64,000 nt of DNA from Tubulanus polymorphus. Its lineage: Eukaryota; Animalia; Nemertea. Shown here piece by piece: positions 36,101-48,437 of the stretch. The stretch covers positions 6,719,950 to 6,783,949 of the forward strand of contig NC_134026.1 in the NCBI RefSeq assembly GCF_964204645.1, in the 5' to 3' direction. The notes beneath the pieces were generated by a model. The model searched no databases, was not told the DNA's origin, and saw only the letters and a program-made list of their open reading frames with translations. Position numbers and translations under genes: made by a program. The first letter of the stretch is position 1. Every line of letters begins with the position of its first letter.

Positions 36101-39100
36101 CTAGAAAAACGATGGCTGTAGCCGTTGCTAAACAGTTTTTCGGCTGTTTCATTCCCGTTCAAACGTGGTGCGACGCGTGGCTCGTAAAGGGTATATCCGG
36201 CTATTTAGGAAATCTTTACGTGAAGAAAGCTTTCGGTAATAATGAATACAGATTTGCAATCTCAAGAGTAAGTTATCTGTCTAGGTATCCATGGATGTCT
36301 ACTGCACTTTAGTCCCTGTGAAGAGTTATTGTTTAAAGTGCTATGAAGCTTGTTTGGTTCTGTTCAGGACTGATTTGTGTGTCATATCATCTATCGTCTC
36401 TCCCCCTTGGCCTTTAGAGTGTTTCATTCTGCATGTACTATGATTAGGGTTCTAACAGATCAGGCAAATTCCAAATTAATTTTTACTCATAGGGAAAAAT
36501 CAGGAAATTTTGATTCTTGAAAAGTGCCAGCTCATGCAAAACATCTTATCCGCCAACTTAGATATTCCAAATATGCTATCAGGAGTAAAATCTGCATATC
36601 AAGTTTTCATATCCATTGAAACTACGTATGTGCCTCTTTTACTTAATGAATTTCAGGATCTGAAGAAAGTACAGAATTACGAGAAACACGTTTGTGGAAT
36701 CGTTCTAGATCCGTCTGCTAATAAAGAGAGTTGTACATATTTCCCTATAAAACATGCTCACACAGTTTCACCGCGGTATATCGACGTGTTCATACTGAAA
36801 GCTCAGCTGGTTATACGCATGTTGGAATTACGTATCGGTAGAGAATTAATACTTCAGGTAAAAACACTATTACTGTTCGTATCAGTTTGGAAAGAAGATA
36901 AGTTGGGTTTTATAGATAAACTGAAATTTCGTCTAAAGCTTTATTAAGTTAAGTCGGTTTTGATTGTTTTTGAGTGGATGAAGCTAGGAAATGTTACCAT
37001 AAAAAGATTCACAGGGGAAAACGCCTTGAAAGGGCTTCTTGGGTGGCCTTGAATAGCCTTGAATTTGGGTTTGCCTTGAGGCTATGAACCCTGGTAATTA
37101 TATCTTTCAAAAAGGGAGCCCCTTCCAACTTAGCGCCATTGATATGTCCCAGTTTCGTAAAGTTTTGATTCAGATTTTACTTAGATTTAACTCGCTGTTC
37201 ATTTTGTGTCGTTTCCCGTAGGTGTTCAATAAACTTTTATCCATGGCGTTGCTCACGGCTCAACAGAAATTCATGACAAATACCTGGGCTAATCTGTTAC
37301 TGTCTACGAGTTCTGTAAGTTCTTATCAATCTATGTTTCTCAATCGTTCTCTTGTTTGTTGACGAATCATTCTTTCCTTTGTTCTTGTTTTTGACATTAT
37401 ATTATAGAATAGTACACGTACAATGTAATATGCCAATACATTTTTAAACCATTTTTAAATGGATTACAATGTACATAGATATGAAGAATTTATGAATGAT
37501 CAATTTGTTTTCTTTCAGTTCACAAAATGCATTTCACTCGTCACTGGAAAAGATATTCAACCATTTTTAGACCAATGGGTGTATCCTTTTATTATATCTC
37601 GCATTGAGGAATACTTGTTGCAAAGTTGATAAATCGTCTGAATATTTCTGATTTCCTTGACTTCCACTTGTGGATAGATTGCAGAGTGGTTGTGCCCGGT
37701 TTTCTGGTACATTCGTGTTCAACAGAAAACGCAACGTAGTTGAACTCGATTTGAAGCAAGATATGAACGCGAAAGGATCGATGAAATATGTGGTATGTTG
37801 AATAAGAAATGATTGATGAAATATCCAGAAAAAATCCCGAAACTGTTAGAAAATGAGTTATACCGTTAGAATAGAAGATATTTTATGAATTGTGAGAGTT
37901 TTATTTCATGTGGGCGGTAGCTCCTGGAAGCAATTTCACACACGTTTATTGACCCCTTTGTTGCATTTTATTTAAAACAGGGCCCGCTAACCGTCACCAT
38001 ACAGGAATTAGATGGGTCATTCAATCATACGTTTAAAATTGAAGAAAACAAAACCCGATTCGAAATCACGTGTCATTCGAAAAGTCGAAGGAATAAAAAG
38101 AAGAAAATACCTCTGATGACCGGCGAGGAAATTGACATGGATCTTAGCGCAATGGAGTAAGTAGAATACTGCATTCAGTGAAGCGATTTGACTCGGAGTT
38201 AACTCACTGAAAATGAATTCATTCTAACTAAAGAGTTAACTCTAACTCATGACTGTAGAACTGGAACCACAGTTGTGTCATTTGACTTGGATCTTGAATT
38301 TTTGAAACCATGATATTTGACTTGTAGAGCTGATTCACCGGTTCTGTGGTTAAGATGTGATCCTGAAATGGAAATATTAAGAGAAGTCGGTTGGGAACAG
38401 CCTGATTTCATGTGGCAATATCAAGTACGATATGAGAGAGACGTCGTCGCTCAAAGTGAGGTAAATATCAATTTACTAGTAATATCAACCCTGTTTGAAA
38501 TATGACTAAGGGAATGTAGAGAGAATCCCACAATTATAACGAAAAAGTCCGAAAATGTAACTTCGAGATAGTAGTTTATTTCAACGTTTCGACTATATCC
38601 TAATAGTCACCGTCAGGAATAGAAGATGACTATTAGGATATAGTCGAAACGTTGAAATAAACTACTATCTCGAAATTACATTTTCGGACTTTTTCGTTAT
38701 AATTGTGGGATTCTCTCTACATCGCGTAAACACGGATATAGTGTTCTATCAATCGTGATGACTAAGGCAGGTTTCGATTGAATGTATTCCAGTTTAGGAA
38801 TAACAAATTCCGGATAACTAACTCTCTACCAACCGCTTCTATCGGGTTAACAGATTCCCGAATAGGTAGAGTTTATTCTGGTTGGAAAGAACACGCCAGG
38901 AGAGAATATCGGAATTGGGGAGCAACCAATTGATACCTGCCTTAAATATCTTGCATTTGACACATAGAGTAGACTCATTATTTCATACAATTTTAGCTTA
39001 GACTTTTTATCTGATGTATTTCTCTAATTGTTGACTCTTAATTGTCTGATTTTTAGGCAGTTCATGCGTTACAGCTTTACCCGACCCCTCAGACTAGAAT

Positions 39101-42100
39101 TGCTCTCACCGATACTATAGAGAGTGATCAGTGTTTCTACCGAGTTCGAATGGAAGCTTCATTCTGTTTATCAAGGGTTTGTATTTACAGAATTAATCTC
39201 ATCTATTTTTTTGTCTCAAGTATTTCTCCCAAGTAATGCACAAATCTTGCTATGACGGCATTTATTTGAAATTGATGTTCAGTCATTTAAACATTGTGCA
39301 AATATTAGATTAAGTTTGTCGCCTTTCCATTATTTAGATTACTGACAAAGTGAAACAAAAGTAGACATTCTTATCTTACTAACTGTGCTGCTAAGTTGTT
39401 CTTGTCTTGAGAAAATCATGCACAAATCTTGCTTGACAAATATCTGAAAACTGATTATATTTGGTCTAAACATTGTGCAAATATTAAATTAAGTTTGTCG
39501 CCTTTCCAGTAATTAAATTACTGACAAAGTGAAACAAAAGTAGACATTCTTATCAAGTATGATTAATTTTTTGTCTTGAGTATTTCTCCTAAGTTATGCG
39601 GAAATCTTGCTATGATGGCATCTATTTTTGATGTTCAGTCATTTAGACATTGTGCAAATATCAAATTAAATTTGTCGCCTTTCCTGTATTTATTTATTAG
39701 TGTCAAATTGAAACAAAGGTAAACATTCTTATTTTATCAAACATGCTGCTAATTTGTTCTTGTCTTGAAAGAATCATGCACAAATCTTGCATGACAAATA
39801 ACTGAAAAATGATGATATTTAGTCTAAACATTGTGCTGATATCAATTATAATTTGTCACCTTTCCAGTATTCGATTATTACTAATAAAGTGAAACAAAAG
39901 TAGATATTCGATTCCAGCATTCTTACAGATCAGGGAAAAATCTGCGAATTCTAACTCTTGAAAAGTCAGTAAATTTGAATTTTTGGTTTTTGTTGGTGAC
40001 GAGTGGCACTAGGAACCTCTTGATAAGAAACAACCTCACTGGGGATATCCTGTCATTCGATCTGGGAAATATGGTCCAATTATAGAAATATCAGGAAACT
40101 CTGGATTCTCTGATCTGTAAGAACCCTGTAATCTGTAATTTTAAAACTACCTACGGCTTGAAGGATATTTATGAAACCGTGTGTTACAAATAACGTTATA
40201 GGTAGCTAACAGTATGGCTATATCGTGGTCTGGTCCTCCCGCTATGATGACGATATTCAGAAAGATGTTCGGTTCTCACGCTTGCCCTACTATCGTCAAA
40301 CAGAACAACTTCACAAACTTTCAACATTATTTCCTTCAAAAGGTTCGTACCTTTTCGTTTGATCCTCCGAATTGAAATTCACACCGTGTTGAATTTGAAT
40401 AAAGCTTAGCTGTTTTATTTGTAGACGATACCGGTTGCTATGGCGATGCTACGGGATACGCACAATATTTGCCCCATTGAAGTGCTAACTTTTTTACTAG
40501 ATTTATTAAAGTACACCGACAACGTTAGGAATAAGGTATTATATACATGCAGTAAAAGTGTTGTATAATCTGAACATAATTGGATTTGTTTCTGATGAAA
40601 TGATTATTAAATCAGTTTTCAGATAATTATTATCGAGCAGCTCTGATCGATGCTTTAATGCACACATTGACACCAGCTGTCGCCACTGTCTCAATGTTAG
40701 GGTAAGTTTTCAACGGACAGGTCTGTTAAGACATACATCCTTTTGTCTTAATGATTACCATTGTACGTATGTTATACAGTAGACTATGCTTGCAGTGGAT
40801 CTCGTGGGGCCAATAAATTCTCTCTGAGATACATAAGTTTCAGGGCAGTGGGAGTAGGGATTGGTCATTATCGTGATGAATTAAAGTAACAGGATTCGTA
40901 ATAGGTTATCTGGGGCACGGGATAATCTGAGGCAATGTTCCACAATATTCATCTTATTGAATCGGGTGCGGGTGAAATAAAAACTGATTACGATATCTGA
41001 TTTCATTTCAGGCCATCAGTTGAATCATTGTCGAACGAAGCTCGATTAGTGTTGGATGAAATAGTGAGATATTTGAATCTGGAGAAGTTGCTGCCATGTT
41101 ACAGATACACGGTGACGGTCAGCTGTTTGCAGGCCATACGTAAAATGCAGAAATACGGACATTTGCCGAATGGAGATTACGCATTGTTTCAGAGTTACGC
41201 TAGTTACGGCAATTTCCTCGATGTGAGACTCGCCGCTTTAGAAGCACTCGTCGATTACACTAAAGGTTCGTATTTTTAAACCAGTATCTGGGAGGAAATA
41301 GTAGAATGACCACACTCAAACGTGGAGAACAGATGATAAGATAAAAATCCACTATACACAGATCACACCTTACGATGATCCCCAGTGTGAGATCAAAACG
41401 TTGTGTCTTTTTAATTACATTTTGATTGGATAGATTATCAATCTTAAAACTTTTAATGCGTGTATAGAAGATTTTTATCTTGTTATCTGCTATTAGGAAA
41501 TCTGTTTGAATCGAGATCGTAATTCGAATGCTTTATGTTTCGCTTTCAGTCGAGAAAAGTAACGTAGTGTTGAACTGGTTGTTAGAAATCATTGAAAATG
41601 ATCCTGAATCCTACGTCAAGTAAGAATACAACAAGACTGAAATATTTCGTTTAGCTTATTAATAGTTAAATGCAACGTTTATCCTAATAGTCACGTTCGG
41701 TCGGAAATACTAGATGAATTTTAGCCCGAGGAAACATTTCATACTCTTATTTTTCATTTTTTGTGGGCGGGGATTCTTTATATTATCTTTACAACACTGA
41801 CTGTTCTTATCAATGGTTTAATATAATGGAATACAACAAAATGAAATCCATAATATGTGATTGAATGTAATGCATTGTCATGTTTTTGTAGGCATCAGTT
41901 GTTACTGATGTTAATAGAGAAACCTCCTTTTGAAAGAGCGGACGACAACAATCCATTAAATACTGAAGAATTAGTTCACAGACTGTGGAGATTTATGAAG
42001 TAAGTCAAATGTATTTATACGATCCAGACTCACTGTCCTACCCTTTGATCGTCAATCTGCAAAACTTTGGTTAGTTGTAGAGGTTTAGTTTCATAAGCTC

Positions 42101-45100
42101 TAGCGTCAAATGTACTGGGTGAGCCACTCTGGGACTGGGCTTAGAAATTCATGTTCATGCAGGCTGGCCTTGTTACCTGGAAATCAGGGAAAAGTCTGGA
42201 AAATTTCTTTTCTTAAAAAAAGTCAGGGAATTTTGTAAAAAAAAAAAGCTTAAAGTCAGGGAAATTAGTTGAGCTTGCTAGATCAGGCATGAAATAAAAC
42301 AATTTCCATCTATGTCATGTATTTGACTGTTTATTGATTGGATTCTTAGCAGTTCAAGTCGGGGAAAATAATGCTTGTGTCGGAATGAAATTGGCCAGTC
42401 GGTCATGGTTCTGTTTGAGGAAATATTCACAAATTTGATTCTGATTTATTTTCCAGCGCTCTTGCTTTTCACGATGCTCGATTACGTTGCGATATCGCTG
42501 ATTTATATTTCACGCTGTATGGCAGATCGCGACCGGCTGTTCTGCCGATACCCGAGAATGTGATGGTTCTTAATTACAGAGATCAACGATTATCAGTGAA
42601 AACTAGTCAGACCTCGATACTTACGCCAACCGCATTAAAAAAACCACAGTTTAAAGTAAATGTATCTACCAAGAGTTGAACAGTTATCCACTAAGTTGAA
42701 CAGTTATCCACTTAAACAATCTGCACGGGCAGTTCCATGTGGGAGCACAAAGGGCATGTGCTTAAGAGGCACTTTTCCCATGCCGTTTTGAAAAACAATT
42801 TTTTTTTTGTCCTGCAATTAATGAAGAAGCTGCACAAGACTTTGACTAATATACATACTTATATTCTCATTGTTGTCACTCATGTGCCTGGAAATTGCAC
42901 TGAAATTTCTTAACTTTCCAGAGCCCCATTTTGGCTAACTCAACAGAAAGTTTTCCCTTTGCATTTCTTTGTTCTCCTGCAGAGTCCAACCAACAGATCC
43001 TCCCCTGTAATACATTCCTCATGAAACTAACATCTTTCTATTTTACGGAGGAGACTATTGAAGATATTTCAATCAGTATCGATATTGATATTTTAGACGT
43101 TCAGCCCGATGGATTATGATGACGAAGAAGATGATTTAGATATCGACGTCGATGCTTGTTCTCCAGCCAAATCACGAAAACCCGAGTTGATTCTGAAACG
43201 TAAATCTGTAACTCCGATTAGAATCGAGACGTCGCCTCTTACCTCATCCACGAGCAGAGAGTTACATGTTAAAACTCAATCCGATTCTCCTAAAGTCATT
43301 GTTGAAGTAAGAAATCTCTGATTTATTCTCATTTGAACTTGTTTGGGGACATTCATCCATGGAGGAGGGGAAATTAGAAGAATTTCGCGTTACTTTTTAA
43401 CTTATATACAGCAGTAGACTGTGCTCTTGCCTCAGATTTCGTGAAACCAATAAATACCCTCAGAACCGGGTTTCACAAAAAAGTTCATCTCAAATTTTGG
43501 GTCTAATTGCTATTGGTTACTTCATATCTTCAATGAGGACAACAGTTCAAACTTAACCGTTTAAAGTTACACTTTTTCGTGAAACTGGGCCCTGGAGCAA
43601 TTTGTAAGATATTGTCAGGCCAGGCACCAGCATAATACAGCATAATCTGAGGCAATCAACAATCAACTGGGGTCTACTGTATGATCAGTTATCCTTCACT
43701 TGACTGCTACTGTAAAATAGCTAAGTCTGGTATGTATCTGTATTTTGCAGCCGATGGATGTTTCCGTGGCGACTGAAGAAGTTGTAGTTACATCTGCTTT
43801 GTCGCCTAAGAAAAGTTTGACGAGTCCTCCAGCAGCGGCAGCAGCGGCAACATCTCAACCTGATACTACGCCAACTACCGAATCATTCATTCAGGTTAGA
43901 TAATGAAATTTAGATATGATATCATTCATTTTTACGCATGCATGAAATTTGACTTTTTCAACCCCCCTGTACGCAAAATCGACCAGCTTTTCATATACGT
44001 TAAGCATTACAGTGCGCAATAGCACTTACCCCTCTCCCCCTCCCCTAATGTGTACGTAATAAAGGAATGATCCCAATTATAGCATGTATCGCAATCTGCA
44101 TCCAGTCCCACAGTTGTGAGGCAAGATTTTACTCAAAAGTCAAACTAATAGAAATTGAACTAATTGAACTCAAGAGTCATATTCTCAACGAAAGACTTTC
44201 GTATAGAACTTGGCCCTGAAGTGGTAGGCCCTGTTTGCTTAGTTTTAGTTCCCAATAAATCATGTTTAGGATAACGTTCAACAGTTGTGAGTCTACAGAT
44301 GCATTAACTCTGGTGTTTGCACAACTATGGAACAGGGTCCTGCTGTAGATCTAGTATTTGTGACTATTGAATGAATTCATGTGTGTTTTGAATTGTAGAA
44401 GAAATTGATAGAACATGAGAGCACGTGTAGTTCAGATACACAACAGAGTGTCACGTTCAAACACGAGGACAGCGTGTCCAGATTGAGTGATGATTCATCG
44501 GCGAGTTCAGCAGCTGGAGGTCAGTATCCCCTCACACCTACTCCCAACTACCCACTCGTCCTCATGCCCTCACACTTCAGTCAAACTCGTTTAAGTCATT
44601 GTAGGTGGGATGATAACATATCCAAATGATGACTTAAATTCACTGAATTGAATTAGAAAAATAAATAAATTGGGACTCAAATAGAATTTATTTCAGTAAT
44701 GTGACGACGTATTCAGATGATGACTTGCGCAAGTTTGATTGTATCTCGTGATATTTTGATTATAGAATTAAATATGTATAGACCTGAACCCAGAGATATA
44801 TATCACCTTGCATGGAAACAGGTCGTCCCGACACCCAATCAGAGGTGGTTGTCTTAGGGTGGTGGGTACAGAAAGACATCGGGATTGTCTCCCAACACCC
44901 CCATCTATTGTCATGATCTATGATCTCTTTGATCTTTAATCATATCCGGTCATTCATCGAGCCTGTTCTTTCTCTATCTATATCATTCATATTACCGATA
45001 GATTTATTTACAAACTGTATTTTTCTAGGTGGTGATGATCAGATGATATTCCCGACCAGTTTCCAAGGACAATTATTCCCGACTAAACTATCGTTATCGA

Positions 45101-45327
45101 TGGACGATGCGAGTAGGAATAAAGATTTCGACGACAGTAAAACGTCCGCGTCGACATCGAAACCGCACAAAGCGAAGAAGAAAAAGAAGAAAAATAAACA
45201 TAAGCACAAACATAAACATAAACATGATAAACCGGATAAATTTGCGAGTGAGAAACACGAAGAGCCGAAATCAGCCGATCCATATGATTTCGGGTCAGCA
45301 AGTTCTCCTGATTTTGAAGTTATGTAG
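33165..45327 (+). CDS. TAF2: Transcription initiation factor TFIID subunit 2, ~1266 aa, 28 coding exons
   Basis: Exons 33165-33213, 33334-33386, 33467-33539, 33664-33754, 34284-34402, 34646-34787, 35080-35274, 35410-35512, 35612-35730, 36054-36267, 36657-36857, 37222-37314, 37519-37580, 37678-37792, 37981-38156, 38328-38460, 39057-39176, 40202-40342, 40425-40535, 40616-40701, 41012-41265, 41550-41619, 41892-41999, 42457-42655, 43097-43306, 43751-43894, 44399-44519, 45029-45327; total 3801 nt in frame. Motifs [67 protein letters not shown] and the C-terminal [19 protein letters not shown] tail. Exons 25-27 are low-complexity and less certain. Confidence 0.96.
33540..33663 (+). other. U12-type (minor spliceosome) GT-AG intron, TAF2 intron 3
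   Basis: 5' splice site GTATCCTTT. Possible degenerate branch site TTTTCTGAAC ~20 nt before the TAG. Removal joins KQC-R-IYRI in frame. Confidence 0.88.
37581..37677 (+). other. U12-type (minor spliceosome) GT-AG intron, TAF2 intron 13
   Basis: 5' splice site GTATCCTTTT, branch site TTCCTTGAC at 37653-37661, no strong pyrimidine tract. Removal joins DQW-V-LQSG in frame. Confidence 0.93.
38512..38757. mobile_element. Penelope-like inverted-repeat insertion with 10-bp target duplication
   Basis: Arms 38514-38609 and 38627-38722 are near-perfectly inverted. Direct repeat atgactaagg at 38502-38511 and 38758-38767. Degenerate hammerhead core (ctgacgg-tgactat...atagtc-gaaacgtt on -). Confidence 0.7.
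38766..38941. mobile_element. MITE with TIR GGCAGGTTTCGATTG
   Basis: taa|ggcaggtttcgattg ... caattgatacctgcc|tta; family of 3879-4041. Confidence 0.7.
39205..39910. repeat. ~180-bp tandem repeat, 4 copies, alternating A/B variants
   Basis: The landmark gtagacattc (with variants) recurs at ~39361, 39540, 39719 and 39900. Confidence 0.9.
43409..43680. mobile_element. pogo-like MITE (CAGTAGAC...GTCTACTG) interrupted by a GGCCC MITE (~43467-43591)
   Basis: cagtagactg ... gtctactgta ends; an uninterrupted relative starts at ~40777. Confidence 0.6.
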
Positions 45328-45651
45328 ATTCTGCTATGACTATTGTGTAATCCAGCTCCAGCTGTTGTCAGTAAGAATTTGAATTTGAAAGAGTTAAAAC
45401 ATCATATTGAACTAATTCTGTCTTGCGAAAGTCGAAGAACTATTAACTCGCGACACTGTGGCTGTGGAACTGAATTCAGTTTGCAATCTTTGACTTATGT
45501 ATTTTTCATTTTTTTCGATCTCTGAAAGAGTCAAATCCACATCCTCGACCCAGTTGTTGAAAGGTTTGATCCTCAGTCAAATATTTGACTTTCAGAACTG
45601 TGCATCCAAGTCCAGATTTTGTATCTATGTATAGATTGTAAATTATGTAAA

Positions 45652-45657
45652 AATAAA
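45652..45657 (+). terminator. Candidate TAF2 poly(A) signal
   Basis: AATAAA ~325 nt after the stop, followed by GT/T-rich sequence (tttgttgaagtttgttttgttttg). Confidence 0.6.
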
Positions 45658-45855
45658 TTAATATACATTAAACATATTTGTTGAAGTTTGTTTTGTTTTG
45701 AATGAGTTTTCTTTGTTTCTCCGGAGGAAGGATTGAACAATTCAAACTCTGACCCATGGACTTAAGAAACTGTATTTCATATATGAAACTTCAAATTATG
45801 CGGGGTGTGACAAGATGACAAATCAGCCAATCGTCGAACTCTTATTTGAGAGACG

Positions 45856-46003
45856 CAAACTTGGTGGCAGCACCGTACGGTCACCTGGCGGAATTTCTGT
45901 GAACTAATGTAATGCCGCGGACTGGTGAACGCGCAGGCCCAGGATATTTCATTAGTTCATTGAAATTCCGCTAGGTAACCGTACGGTGCTGCCACCAAGT
46001 TTG
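45856..46003. mobile_element. MITE/hairpin with ~42-bp inverted arms
   Basis: caaacttggtggcagcaccgtacggtcacctggcggaatttc / gaaattccgctaggtaaccgtacggtgctgccaccaagtttg. Confidence 0.75.
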
Positions 46004-48437
46004 GCGCGGGAATCAACTTATCCAATTAGCTGTATCAGATGTTAATAAATTCGATAAACCTTTTATATACAATAAGATCATCTATTTGCATTGTTAGGTT
46101 TTATAATGATATGACAAAACATATTCCCGCATGAGTTGTTTGGAGTTATTTTGATTCTGAGTGGCCCTTGAGTGATGCCGGCGTAAAAGACAGATGAATA
46201 GGGTGCCATATGTTCGACTCCACGCATCGGATCTATATTTCTTGCATAACATCAAATTTGAGCGTATTGATAAATTAGAAAGATTATTAGTTGCCTTTTT
46301 AATACCAATTACGATGCGTGACTGACAAGTACTTTGACATTTTACAGACAGAATCTGGAAGTTCAAGAATTCAAATCTTTCTGCTCATAATCTCATTTTT
46401 TACAAAATACAAGCCACAATGGGATAGCGTTGAGAAAGTACATGCGCCGATAAATACAAAACCACTCTGGCAATTTCAGTCGACGTTTACATAACCTGAA
46501 AATAACATTTTCCCACAATCGATCGAAGTTTGACAGTTTAACAAACGACCAAGATTCTATTTCACGAGCTCGCAGCGATGTTCATATAAGTCAATATTCA
46601 AAAAGAAATAAAATTCCATTACAAAAAGAAAGAACCCTCGAGGAATCCTCCGATAATGATTTTGATTTATGTGTGTGAATTTTGTGACAGTGACATAGTT
46701 TCATATTTCTGAGCCACGATTTGTTGTAATTGTGTTATTTATGTGTCTATATATAATCAAATTCTCATCTGATTTGTATGAATACTCATATAATGAAAAC
46801 CTGAAAGAGATAGTGATTGGAAATTAGAATTGATCACCACAAGACGTAGTTTATAGTTAACCTAGCGGTTGCGTTGGTGCAGTAGGCCTAACTAGTGTGG
46901 TTGGAATGTGGTGTAAATTTGTAGTTTTCCAGTTAAGTTGAATTCTGAAACCAGATGCGTTTATTGAACTCGAATCAGTGGGAAATTTGTCGGAAGAGGA
47001 AATTGTGAATAAATCAGTTATATTGACTTTTTGTTATCGCTTACGGAATTGTGTAAATAAACGGTAATAGTTGTGTAAACATTTCGAATATTCATGAATT
47101 GGTCTCAAATACATTTACTTGATTTAAGCATATACTACGGAATTGCGTCAATACGAAAGCAATAATCTATAATATCATTGTTTCAATCACTTTACTACTA
47201 TGAGCGAATTGACAATGCGTTTTCAATATGCACGATCAGACATATACTCACCTCTTCAGGAATGCTAATCCACTGTTCCGAAAGAGGGTGGCTGAAACCA
47301 ACGATGCAAAGGTCATATTTTTCAGGACCTTTCGTTTGTGCGTTATGTAATGGTCACCAAGTTCGGTAGTCATCAGACCTGTATTTTTGAGAGAGATAGA
47401 AAAAATTGCCGCCATAACGCTCACATCCAATGATGTTTTTCTGCGATACAGCGATGACTCATTGAAAACCTGACCGATGGATGGATTATCTGATTGATGG
47501 ATGAAATGAAAACATGGCTGAAAACTAATCGAATCAATTTTGTGATTGATTGATTTATAGGATTTACCGGGGAATAAGCTTTCACTGGCTGCGTCGACCC
47601 GTAACTACCTGAAACACTGTCCAACATTCATCGACACGCGAGACTTAGATTAAAAATGACGGCAGGCAAATTAGTAATTTAGATCTGGATAGAGAGGATT
47701 TGTTTCTAGCGCCACGCGAATCCCTGTGGAAATATTAGCTATTGATCTCTGCAGTTCAATTGAATAAAATACAGTGGATATTGCGATGATGGAGAGGGCT
47801 GTGGGTATACAGAGGATGCAGTTGCCACAACTACCTGCCGCATGATTTTACTGCCTCCGGATATCGTTGATTATTTCATTCTTGGCATATTGAAAACTCC
47901 ATAACTTTGGTCTCGCAGGATATCGATGAAAATTAACTGTTTACCGAAATACGTGGCCTACACACTGTTTGAATAGCAAGGAATATTGGAATGGAGCTCC
48001 AGTGGTTGTTGATCTTTAAGTCCGTTTATGAAGAGTGCTAAACATGTCAATATTAATATATCGTAGTTTGCATAGTTAATTATCTTCGTAGATTGTATTT
48101 GTTGTAGAGCTGGTGGACTTTGGGTCGATACGCGTAACTGAACTCGGGGATCACGGAATATCAGACCAGACCAGACGATATGTCTGCACGGCAAGAGACT
48201 AACACCAGTACCACCAATAAAAACCTCTGAAGTTGGAAAAAAATAAATCGACTGGATAATCAGAAACGTGCGTGAACGTATTTCAAATTCAGAGCTTTTT
48301 AACAAACGGCATTTGGCGAAATCGTGAGCATTGGAACTGCTTGAACAGACGGATTTTTATACCTATAGATTCTTTTTCATTTCATGAATTAAAGTCAAGC
48401 GATCTTCGTATTGTCAGCGCAACAACAAATACGCACC

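Noticed and set aside
45150-45240. Poly-Lys/His-Lys repeat as a novel feature
   Set aside because: It is the known conserved basic C-terminal tract of TAF2.
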